Source: Thermoanaerobaculia bacterium (GTDB lineage: Bacteria; Acidobacteriota; Thermoanaerobaculia; Multivoradales; Multivoraceae). Taken from it: a DNA stretch of 64,000 bases. The position numbers and the translations under genes are program-made. The notes under the pieces are model-generated. The model did no database searches and was not told the DNA's origin. It was given only the letters and a program-made list of their open reading frames with translations. This document shows, piece after piece, positions 52,316-60,594 of this stretch (positions are counted from its first letter, which is position 1; each line of letters starts with the position of its first letter). The stretch covers positions 267,283 to 331,282 of the forward strand of contig JAJDUI010000008.1 in NCBI GenBank assembly GCA_022826745.1. Direction: 5' to 3'.

Positions 52316-52771
52316 CTACAGGCGTACCAGGTAGCTCTGCCGCCCCTCCAGCACCCGCTCGCCCCGCTGGTTGTCGATCTCGCTCTCCAGCACGATCACG
52401 CCGGTTGTCCGCTGGCGCTTCAGCTCCGCGATCCGGAGCGTCGCGTACAGCGTGTCACCCGGATACACCGGCTTCAGGAACCGGCATGACTGGTCGATGT
52501 AGCCGACCATGGCCCGTCCGACCACGTCGGCGAACGTGCCGGCCCCGGCGGCGGTGTAGCAGAGCACCTGGAGACCGTGGGCAAGGAGACCGTCGTGGCC
52601 CTGGGACCGGCAGTATTCGATGTCGTAGTGGATCGGGTGGTTGTCCCCCGAGATTGCCTGGAACGCAGCGAAGTGGGCGTCGGTCACCGTGCGGCTGGGC
52701 AGCGGGAAGGTCTCGCCGACCTGTAGCTCGTCGAACGGCCTGACCGGGACCAGGCCGCGTTCTTCAGCCAC
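52316..52771 (-). CDS. MaoC-like (R)-specific enoyl-CoA hydratase, hotdog fold
   Basis: SGDNHPIHYD hotdog motif. 8-nt overlap with ltaE. Confidence 0.75.
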   Translation of the reverse strand: MAEERGLVPVRPFDELQVGETFPLPSRTVTDAHFAAFQAISGDNHPIHYDIEYCRSQGHDGLLAHGLQVLCYTAAGAGTFADVVGRAMVGYIDQSCRFLKPVYPGDTLYATLRIAELKRQRTTGVIVLESEIDNQRGERVLEGRQSYLVRL

Positions 52772-53798
52772 CGAACACCCGGACCAGCGCTTCGGCCGCC
52801 TGCGCGGTCTCCTCGGGACTCACGTCGCGGTGCGTCACCAACCGGATGTGGGTTGGACTGGTCGTCAGGCACAGAACGTTCTCGCGTGCGAGGGCTTCGA
52901 CGCATTCCTGCGCGCCGCGGCCGGTCCCCTCGACCGAGAAGATGAGGATGTTCGTCCTCTGTTCGGCGATCAGGGCGACGCCGGGAAGATCGTTCAGGGT
53001 GTCCGCGAGCAGACGGGCGTTCTCGTGATCCTGGACGAGTAACGGCGGGCTCTCGTCGAGCGCGACCTCGGCGGCGGCGGCGAGCACGCCGACCTGGCGC
53101 ATCTGGCCGCCGCACATCTGCCGGTAACGCCGGACGTTGCGGATGAAGTCGCGGGAGCCGGCGACGATCGATCCGGCCGGCGCGCCCAGCCCCTTCGAGA
53201 AGCAGAAGGAGAGGGAGTCGACGGGCCCCGCGGCCTCGGCCGGCGTGCAGCCGAGCGCGGTCGCGGCGTTGAAGAGCCGCGCGCCGTCGAGGTGGACGCG
53301 CAGGCCGCGGCGCTGCGCCAGGTCGCAGAGCGCCCGCGTGCGCTCCGGTTCGTAGACGGTGCCGCCGGCCTGGTTGCAACTGTTCTCGAGGCAGAGCAGC
53401 CGGGTCGGGGCGAAGGTCGGGTGGTCGGGCTGGATCGCCGCCTCGACCTGTTCCGGCGCCAGGATGCCGTCGGCCTCCGCCGTCACCGCGCGCGGCAGGA
53501 GGCCGCCGATGCCCGTGATCCCGTTGTTCTCGTGGTTGATGATGTGAGCCTTCGATTCGAGCAGCACCTCGCTGCCGCGGGGCAGTTCGTGCCCGAGCAG
53601 GGACGACAGGTTGCCCTGGGTGCCCGAAGGAACGAAGAGGGCCGCCTCGCGGCCGAGCATGTCCGCGACGCGTTCCTGCAACCGGTTGACGGTCGGGTCT
53701 TCGTGGAAGACGTCGTCGCCGACCTCGGCAGCGGCCATCGCCCTGCGCATGGCCGGGGATGGCCGGGTCATCGTGTCGGAACGGAGTTCCACCGGCAT
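52764..53798 (-). CDS. ltaE: Low-specificity L-threonine aldolase
   Basis: [19 protein letters not shown]...[16 protein letters not shown]...PSGTQGN...[11 protein letters not shown] (PLP-Lys). Confidence 0.75.
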   Translation of the reverse strand: MPVELRSDTMTRPSPAMRRAMAAAEVGDDVFHEDPTVNRLQERVADMLGREAALFVPSGTQGNLSSLLGHELPRGSEVLLESKAHIINHENNGITGIGGLLPRAVTAEADGILAPEQVEAAIQPDHPTFAPTRLLCLENSCNQAGGTVYEPERTRALCDLAQRRGLRVHLDGARLFNAATALGCTPAEAAGPVDSLSFCFSKGLGAPAGSIVAGSRDFIRNVRRYRQMCGGQMRQVGVLAAAAEVALDESPPLLVQDHENARLLADTLNDLPGVALIAEQRTNILIFSVEGTGRGAQECVEALARENVLCLTTSPTHIRLVTHRDVSPEETAQAAEALVRVFGG

Positions 53799-53824
53799 GG
53801 CGAGCGATCATACTTGCCGCCCGA

Positions 53825-55354
53825 ATGGCCGACGCGCAGTACTCGCTCCCCCTCCCTCCGACGGATCCGGACGTGGTCGCCGCCGCCGACCTGGGCTCGA
53901 ACAGCTTTCACCTGGTCGTGGCGGAAGTACGGGGCGGCCAGCTCGTGTTCGTCGACCGCCGGAAGGAGTTCGTGCGGCTCGCGGCCGGGCTCGATGAGCG
54001 TAAACGCCTGACCCCGGAGGCGACGGCGCGGGCGCTCGACTGTCTCGGCCGCTTCGGCGAACGCGTGCGCTCGTTTCCTGCGGGAACGGTCCGCGTGGTG
54101 GGCACGAACACGCTGCGCCAGGCGCGAAACGCACGGGATTTGCTGGAAGCGGCGCAACGATCGCTCGGCCATCCGGTGGAGATCGTGTCGGGACTGGAGG
54201 AGGCCCGGCTGATCTACCTGGGCGTCTCGAGGAGCCTAGCCGGCGACGAACGGCGCCTCGCCGTCGACATCGGCGGCGGTTCGACCGAGCTGATCATCGG
54301 CGAGGGCTCGCAGCCGCTCGACTTGGAGAGCCTGTACATGGGTTGTGTCAGCTTCAGCCTGCGCCACTTCCCCAACGGTCGCGTGAAGGAGAAGCGCTGG
54401 CGGCGCGCCGAGATCGAGGCGTTGCAGGAACTCGAGCCGGTCGAGCGCCGCTTCCGGGACGGCGCCGGCTGGCGCGTCGCCGTGGGCTCGTCGGGGACCG
54501 TGCGCTCGGTGGCGGACGTCGTGCAGGCGGCGGGCTGGTGCGAGGAGGGCATCACGCTGGAGGCCCTTTTGCGCCTTCGGGAGTCACTGATCGAACGCGG
54601 CACCACGATCCGCGCTGGCATCAAGGGCCTGAGCGAGGGCAGGGCGCCGGTCTTCGCCGGCGGCGTCGCGGTGCTGCTCGCGGTGTTCAAGGCGTTGGGC
54701 ATCGAGCGCATGCGGGTCGCGGGCGGCGCCCTGCGGGAAGGCGCTCTGTACGACCTGCTCGGCCGGCTGCATCATGAGGACACCCGGCATGCGGCGGTCG
54801 AGTCGATGGCCCGGCGCTACCACGTCCAGCCCGAACAGGCCGAGAGAGTTCGGGAAACCGCGCTCCAGCTCCTCGCGCAGTGCGCCGAATCGTGGAACCT
54901 GACCGGCGAGCTCCCCTGGCTCATGCTCTCCTGGGGCGCGCAACTGCACGAGGTCGGCTTGGACATCAACCACGCCGGCTTCCACAAGCACGGCGCCTAC
55001 ATCGTCGAGAACGCGGAGATGCACGGCTTCTCGCTCCAGGAGCACCTGCTGCTGGCTTCCTTGGTGCGCAGCCACCGCCGCAAGTTCCCGCGCCAGATCT
55101 TCGATCGCCTCCCTTCGGGGTGGCGGCAACCGGCGCGGCGCGGCGCCGTCCTGCTGCGGCTCGCGGCGGTGCTCCACCGGAGCCGGCGGGACGAGCCACT
55201 GGCGGTCAAGTTCGGAGTTGACGGCCGCGACCTGCGCCTCGTTCTGCCGAAGACCTGGGTGGAGAAGTCGCCTTTGACGAGGGCCGACCTGCGCCAGGAG
55301 GCGAAGTTCCTCGCCGCCGCGAAGTTCCGGTTGACGGTGGAGGAGGACGGCTGA
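53825..55354 (+). CDS. ppx: Exopolyphosphatase / guanosine pentaphosphate phosphohydrolase (Ppx/GppA)
   Basis: [32 protein letters not shown]-terminal HD-like region. Confidence 0.75.
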   Translation: MADAQYSLPLPPTDPDVVAAADLGSNSFHLVVAEVRGGQLVFVDRRKEFVRLAAGLDERKRLTPEATARALDCLGRFGERVRSFPAGTVRVVGTNTLRQARNARDLLEAAQRSLGHPVEIVSGLEEARLIYLGVSRSLAGDERRLAVDIGGGSTELIIGEGSQPLDLESLYMGCVSFSLRHFPNGRVKEKRWRRAEIEALQELEPVERRFRDGAGWRVAVGSSGTVRSVADVVQAAGWCEEGITLEALLRLRESLIERGTTIRAGIKGLSEGRAPVFAGGVAVLLAVFKALGIERMRVAGGALREGALYDLLGRLHHEDTRHAAVESMARRYHVQPEQAERVRETALQLLAQCAESWNLTGELPWLMLSWGAQLHEVGLDINHAGFHKHGAYIVENAEMHGFSLQEHLLLASLVRSHRRKFPRQIFDRLPSGWRQPARRGAVLLRLAAVLHRSRRDEPLAVKFGVDGRDLRLVLPKTWVEKSPLTRADLRQEAKFLAAAKFRLTVEEDG

Positions 55355-55379
55355 GGGGCGGCGCCCGTGGTTCGGCCCG

Positions 55380-56123
55380 CTACCTTCCGGCGTTGGCGCA
55401 CTCCGTTACGGCGTCGGCCATCTCACTCATCGAGAAGAACACGAAGTCGGTGGTCGGCATCGTCTCGACGCGTTCGGTAGCGCCCCAGCTACCGCCCTCG
55501 GAGAGCCGTTGCCGGTCGATCCAGGCGTTCGCGAGCGCGAACCGGTTCGCCGGCGCGTGGTCGTGGTGCAGGCTCTGCGCGGTGTGCAGAACGTCGGAAC
55601 GATCGAACCCGAAGTCGGACTCGAGATGGGCGAGCAGATACTCGAAGTTCCTGTCGGCGGGCTTGTACGAACCGATGTCCTCGGCGGTGTAGATCGCGTC
55701 GAACTCCACGCCGAGCTTGCGGTTCGAGCCGGCTATGCCGGCCCTGTGGACGTTGGAGAGGATGACGAGCCGGAAGTGCCGCTTGAGCACCCGCAACGCG
55801 TCCGCGGTGTCCGGGAACGCCGGCCAGTCGGGCACGGAGGCGCCGAAGGCCTCGTCGAGGTCCGGGGCCGTCTGCATGACCAAGCGGTCGGCGATGCGGC
55901 GATGGACGCGAGCCAGTAGCTCAGGGTAGAGGAGATCGGGCGTCTCCCGCTCCTGAAGGTTCTCGCACTGCCCGAACGCAAGGAGCGCCGCGTCGCGGGT
56001 TACGTCCGCGTCCGGGTTCTGCATGATCAGCGGTTGGAGCGCGTCCCAGATCCCGGTCTCCCAGTCGATCAGGGTGCCGTAGCAGTCGAAGGTCAGGACC
56101 CGGTAGTCGGTTGGTTTTGGCAT
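55380..56123 (-). CDS. L-2-haloacid dehalogenase-type HAD hydrolase
   Basis: TFDCYGTLIDW (D-x-Y-G-T). ATG 56123. Confidence 0.65.
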   Translation of the reverse strand: MPKPTDYRVLTFDCYGTLIDWETGIWDALQPLIMQNPDADVTRDAALLAFGQCENLQERETPDLLYPELLARVHRRIADRLVMQTAPDLDEAFGASVPDWPAFPDTADALRVLKRHFRLVILSNVHRAGIAGSNRKLGVEFDAIYTAEDIGSYKPADRNFEYLLAHLESDFGFDRSDVLHTAQSLHHDHAPANRFALANAWIDRQRLSEGGSWGATERVETMPTTDFVFFSMSEMADAVTECANAGR

Positions 56124-56251
56124 GGCTCTCTGTGTAGCACTTCCGGCCTCCTTGACAAACAGGACCAAATCGGTCCACTGTTGGCAATGGACCCGAAGGC
56201 CGCTGGCGACGGTTCTGCCGCGGCCTCCATTCCCGGACAAGGAAGGACAGG

Positions 56252-57223
56252 ATGAAGATCTCAGACTCTGCTCATGCCGCCGGACCGCATCCAGGTGCGC
56301 GTCGGGCCCGCCGGACCGTTCGCGCGCCGCGTGTTGTGCCGACCTGCTTGTGCGCCGCGCTGATCGCCGCGTTGTTCCTCCCCGCCATCGCCCAGGCTGA
56401 GGGGATCCTCCTGCTTGCTCACGGCGGCCGCGAGGACTGGAACCGCGAGGTCCTCGAACTCGCGTCGAAGGTCGACGCGGAACTCCCCGTCGAGGTGGCG
56501 TTCGGCATGGCGAACAAGCGCGCCATTCAGGATGCCGTGAATCGGCTGGCCGAGCGGGAAGTGACCGGCATCGTCGCGGTCCCTCTCTTCATCTCTTCGC
56601 ACAGCAGCGTGATCCGGGCCACCGAGTACCTGCTGGGCAAGCGCGACGATGCGCCGCCGCAGATGGAGGTGTTCGCCCGGATGAGCGCCCGTCACGCCGA
56701 ATCGCACGGCGGGACCGATCCCGGCTTCGACTGGACGACGCCGATCGAGACGGCCCTTCCCGTCGAACTGACCGCCGCGCTGGACGGTCACGCCACGGTG
56801 GCCGAGATCCTCATCGCCCGCGCTCTCGAGGTCAGCGAGACCCCGGCCGACGAGGTCGTCGTGGTCGTGGCTCATGGACCGACCTCCGAAGAAGACAACG
56901 ACCTGTGGCTCGGGAACATGAGCCTTCTGGTGGAACGCATGCGCGCCGCCGCCAGCTTCAGCCGAATCGACCACCTGACCGTGCGGGACGATGCGCCGGA
57001 CGACGTCCAGGCGAAGGCGACCCAGGAACTGCGAAGCGTCGTGGAGCGCGGCGCGGAGGAAGGGAAGTCCGTGCTGATCGTGCCGCTGCTCCTCTCCTAC
57101 GGCGGCATCGAGAAGGGCATCCGCGAACGCATGGAGGGCCTGGACTACCGGATGGCCTCCCAGGGCCTGCTCCCCGACGACCGCCTGGCCGGCTGGGTGC
57201 TGGCGCAGGCTGGCGCGCGGTAG
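56252..57223 (+). CDS. CbiX-like (class II chelatase fold, two repeats) protein with N-terminal signal peptide
   Basis: LLLAHGGRE...VAVPLFIS...VVVVAHGPTS...IVPLLLSYG repeated CbiX-type blocks. The hydrophobic N-terminus is CLCAALIAALFLPAIAQA. GGAAGGA SD. Confidence 0.55.
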   Translation: MKISDSAHAAGPHPGARRARRTVRAPRVVPTCLCAALIAALFLPAIAQAEGILLLAHGGREDWNREVLELASKVDAELPVEVAFGMANKRAIQDAVNRLAEREVTGIVAVPLFISSHSSVIRATEYLLGKRDDAPPQMEVFARMSARHAESHGGTDPGFDWTTPIETALPVELTAALDGHATVAEILIARALEVSETPADEVVVVVAHGPTSEEDNDLWLGNMSLLVERMRAAASFSRIDHLTVRDDAPDDVQAKATQELRSVVERGAEEGKSVLIVPLLLSYGGIEKGIRERMEGLDYRMASQGLLPDDRLAGWVLAQAGAR

Positions 57224-57246
57224 CGCCTGGCTGGAGCCGATCGCTA

Positions 57247-57263
57247 GCGGGCGGTACGCCCGC
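57247..57263. terminator. GC hairpin GCGGGCG-GTAC-GCCCGC between the convergent cbiX-like and mcrC genes (possible bidirectional terminator; no U-tract)
   Basis: Read directly from the sequence. Confidence 0.3.
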
Positions 57264-57278
57264 CGAAGTCCATGTACG

Positions 57279-58496
57279 TCAGGCGGCTTGGCGGTGCCCG
57301 CGAGCGTCACGGTGAAGGGCGCGGACTCGTTCAGCCAGCTTGCCTATCTCGGCTCTCAGGTTGTCGATGCTGCCTGACAGGTCGAGTGTTGCGATCTCGA
57401 GCTGCTTCCCGGCGTGGCGAACTCGATGCACAACGTCGTTTGCTTCGCCTTCGGCGTAGATCAGCAGACCTCCGGGCAGGTCGAGGGCGGTCGTGTAGGC
57501 GAGTAGCTGGTAGAGGTCGGCGTTGGGCACGTGGGCGTGCTTGACCCGCTTGTATTTGGCGTCGCCGACGAACGTGCAGGTCGGGCCGTTCCACCAGGAG
57601 AGGTCAGGTTTGAGTCGGATCTGGTCGGCCATGTCGAGGTGGATTGACGGCAGTCGACGGTCGGACCGGAACTTATGTTCTGAGAGGCCAAGCTCCTCGC
57701 GTAGTGCCCGCGTCACGAACTCCTGGAACACCACGGTCATGTCCATCAGGAAGCCGTTCGCCCGCACCCGGCCGCGCCCTGTTTCGATGGATGTGTGGCG
57801 GAGAATCAGCCGCGCCAGAGTCACGACTTCCCGGTAGTGCTCGTTCAGTCGGTCGAACTTCACCTCGGGGACGGCATTCGTCGGGAACACGACCAGGCTC
57901 ACGTTGTCGAGGGTGGCTGCGACCCAGGCGAGATCCAGCCGGGAACGTCGTGAGCGGATGCGGAGCCTTGAGAGGCGGTCGGCCGCGGCCTTCACCAGCC
58001 GGTTGGCGAGTACGTCGTCGGTGAAGTCGTCGTAGCGGACCTCCACCGGCAAAGGCACACCGAACCTCCGGCGGAGCTGGTCCGCGACGCGGATGCGCCC
58101 GCGGACCGTATGGAGCGCTTCTTCCTCGGTGCGATAGCCGTGGAGAAGTCCGCGGGCGAATGCACGGCGCGCGGCGCGCGTCAGCGCCGGCACGAGGGCC
58201 TCGACCAGCGTCGGTTGCCTCACGTAGTCGAAACGCTCCTCCCGGAAATCGACGCCCATGGCATAGGCCGCCAGGTAGAGCACGCGACCGATGGGTAGCT
58301 TGGGTTCGATGGAGACGGAGAGGTCGCCGATCTCAAGCGCGCCGATGGTGGAGCCGGGTCTGAGGAAGTACGCGCCGGTCGTCCCGGGAGCGGGTTCGAT
58401 GCTCGCGAGGAAGGGCTTCAGTTGGTCGCGTTCCCGGACCGAGAGCGGAACCGGCTCTTCGGTTGGCGTCCACTCCCGGAGATTAAGATTCCGCAT
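57279..58496 (-). CDS. mcrC: McrC endonuclease subunit of a McrBC modified-DNA restriction system
   Basis: About 405 aa. The start overlaps the mcrB stop. C-terminal PD-(D/E)xK-like ...VGDAKYK. Confidence 0.7.
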   Translation of the reverse strand: MRNLNLREWTPTEEPVPLSVRERDQLKPFLASIEPAPGTTGAYFLRPGSTIGALEIGDLSVSIEPKLPIGRVLYLAAYAMGVDFREERFDYVRQPTLVEALVPALTRAARRAFARGLLHGYRTEEEALHTVRGRIRVADQLRRRFGVPLPVEVRYDDFTDDVLANRLVKAAADRLSRLRIRSRRSRLDLAWVAATLDNVSLVVFPTNAVPEVKFDRLNEHYREVVTLARLILRHTSIETGRGRVRANGFLMDMTVVFQEFVTRALREELGLSEHKFRSDRRLPSIHLDMADQIRLKPDLSWWNGPTCTFVGDAKYKRVKHAHVPNADLYQLLAYTTALDLPGGLLIYAEGEANDVVHRVRHAGKQLEIATLDLSGSIDNLRAEIGKLAERVRALHRDARGHRQAA

Positions 58497-60285
58497 CGCC
58501 GACTTCTTCGTCTTGCGCGGCGTCGTCCGACTCACGGGGTGCGTCAGGGTTCTGCAAGGCGGCGTCAGCAACGGTGGGCTCTGTCTGGTGACGTAGCTTG
58601 TCGAGACTGAACTCGGCAAGCCGGTCCGTCTCTCCGTAGAGGTGCTCCTCCACATACGGCAGAACGTTGTGCTCCCAAATCAGCCGAACCTTGTCCTCGT
58701 CGAGATCTTCCTTTAGGAAGTAGCTTGGTCCGATGGCCGCCTGTCGGTCGTCGAGCTTGGCGTTCGCCCGTCTCAGGAGGTCGGCCACCCATGACATCTC
58801 GGGCGCCGCGTTCTTCTCCAACCAGCGATCGAGCAGCCCTTCGATCGGTTCTTTCTCGGGATGGAACTCGACGAAGTGGAATCGGCGGCGCAGCGCCAGG
58901 TCGACCAGGGCGATCGAGCGATCAGCGGTGTTCATCGTGCCGATGATGTAGAGGTTCTCAGGCAGACTGAACGGCTCGTCCTGATCCCCGGCGTACTGGA
59001 GCGTCATGTCCTCGTCTCGGTACTCGAGCAGGAAGTAGAGTTCTCCAAACACCTTGGCCAGGTTGCCGCGATTGATCTCGTCGATGATCAGGAAGTGCGG
59101 GGCGTCCGGCTCGGTTCGAGCTGCCGCTGCCGCTGTTACCAGCGGGCCGTCACGCAGTTCAAAGCCGGCCTGACCGGCGGTGAGAGTCGGCCGATAACCC
59201 TGAACGAAGTCCTCGTAGGCGTAGGAAGGGTGGAACTGAACGAGGGTGACTTGGCCATTGGATCCAGCGAGGAATGTGGCCAACTCGCGCGCGGCGTAGG
59301 TCTTGCCCGTGCCGTGCGGCCCCTGGAAGATGACTTGGCCTTTGTCGTCTAGGAGGTTTGTGACCTTCTGCAGAACCTCGGTGTCATACAAGAGTTCTGC
59401 AGCGAGCTCAGAGACGTCGGCGTCGGCCGGGTTCGGAACTGCGACAGGGCCCGGCTGGTCCGCTCGGTCGTCGCCCGCATCGTCGTCCTCATAGCGTTCG
59501 GGAAACCAATGGCGTAGGAACCTCTCGTAGTCTTGTTCCGCGCCGTCGAAGGTGAAGTCGATCAAGGAGGTTGCGGCCCACGGAAGCGCACCTGAGTCAC
59601 GTTCGACCTTCCAGAGCATCCTCATATAGACAAAGAAGTACCACTCTCGGGGTGGTTCCACGCGGGTCCAATCCACGCGGAGATTGCGGCCGTCTCCCAG
59701 GTTCTGGGTGACGACGCCGGTTGCCTTGATCGCCATCGTGGAGGTGCTCTTACCCCTGTTGTCGAACGGCAGACCCCGTTTTCGCGTGTAGGCGGACTTG
59801 ATTGCGATTTGGTCCCCGGGCTTTATTGCCTTGACACGGTCCAGATACCTGTAGTCATCGTGTCCGTTCTCCCAGACACCGTCTCGCAGGAATCGATCGG
59901 TCTGGTCCTTCCACCCATCGAAGGCTGCTCCAACAAACCATCGTGGTCGCCCGTCGGCGGGTCCTTGTGCTGCGAGAGCGTGGCCTTTAGCGATTTGAGA
60001 GCGGAACTCGCCGTAGCTGGAAACGGCGGCCTTCAGGGTGATTGTGCCGGTATACACGTCACCGTCGATCTCGATCCCGTGTTTCGGTGGTCTGCCGTCT
60101 CGCAGATCGCCTGTTGAGTAAGTGAGCCGATCGAGAACGTCCTCCAGCTCGTCCGCGTCCCAATGGACATCCAGGTCGCCCTCGTGTCGTTGAACACGTC
60201 GGCAGATGCTCACTCGAGCGTTGGCGCTCTTCTCCGAGAGCCCCTTCTCGGTGTTCAGCCAGTCTTTGAAACGCTCTTGCCGCAT
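58483..60285 (-). CDS. mcrB: McrB GTPase (AAA+) subunit with N-terminal EVE/PUA-like putative modified-base reader
   Basis: GPHGTGKT, FHPSYAYEDFVQGYRP, IIDEINRGNLAKVFGE, IIGTMNTADRS, LRRRF are McrB blocks. N-terminal PRWFVGAAFDGW...LRDGVWENG...KPGDQIAIKSA...IKATGVVT...RVDWTRVEPP resembles the EVE consensus. AGGAGAGG SD before ATG 60285. Confidence 0.8.
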   Translation of the reverse strand: MRQERFKDWLNTEKGLSEKSANARVSICRRVQRHEGDLDVHWDADELEDVLDRLTYSTGDLRDGRPPKHGIEIDGDVYTGTITLKAAVSSYGEFRSQIAKGHALAAQGPADGRPRWFVGAAFDGWKDQTDRFLRDGVWENGHDDYRYLDRVKAIKPGDQIAIKSAYTRKRGLPFDNRGKSTSTMAIKATGVVTQNLGDGRNLRVDWTRVEPPREWYFFVYMRMLWKVERDSGALPWAATSLIDFTFDGAEQDYERFLRHWFPERYEDDDAGDDRADQPGPVAVPNPADADVSELAAELLYDTEVLQKVTNLLDDKGQVIFQGPHGTGKTYAARELATFLAGSNGQVTLVQFHPSYAYEDFVQGYRPTLTAGQAGFELRDGPLVTAAAAARTEPDAPHFLIIDEINRGNLAKVFGELYFLLEYRDEDMTLQYAGDQDEPFSLPENLYIIGTMNTADRSIALVDLALRRRFHFVEFHPEKEPIEGLLDRWLEKNAAPEMSWVADLLRRANAKLDDRQAAIGPSYFLKEDLDEDKVRLIWEHNVLPYVEEHLYGETDRLAEFSLDKLRHQTEPTVADAALQNPDAPRESDDAAQDEEVGDAES

Positions 60286-60370
60286 GCCATCCTCTCCTCT
60301 ACGCGCTGGCGACACTATGCCATTGGCGGTTGTGTAGTGCCGGGTAGCGCTGCGCCGGAACGTCCAGCCT

Positions 60371-60539
60371 GGACCGGGCCGAGGGGGAGGGTCCCAGGGG
60401 GCTAGAGGCGAGCGACTGTCGAGGTCCTTTCAGTAACCGGGAACCTACCGGAGCGAAGCCGACCGAAGCGAACCCCCAAACCCCTCATCGACCAAGAGGG
60501 GGTGAGCGTCCCCTGGGACCCTCCCCCTCGGCCCGGTTC
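60371..60539. repeat. ~170-bp element bounded by near-perfect 30-bp inverted repeats (GGACCGGGCCGAGGGGGAGGGTCCCAGGGG ... CCCCTGGGACCCTCCCCCTCGGCCCGGTTC), with a lower-GC 108-bp core. MITE-like or structured element.
   Basis: Arms at 60371-60400 and 60510-60539. 29 of 30 positions are complementary on direct reading. Confidence 0.7.
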
Positions 60540-60594
60540 AGGCGGGTGTGACCGCCGTCGCCCCGTCCTCGCCGCTTCCGTCCGCGCTGCCGCC

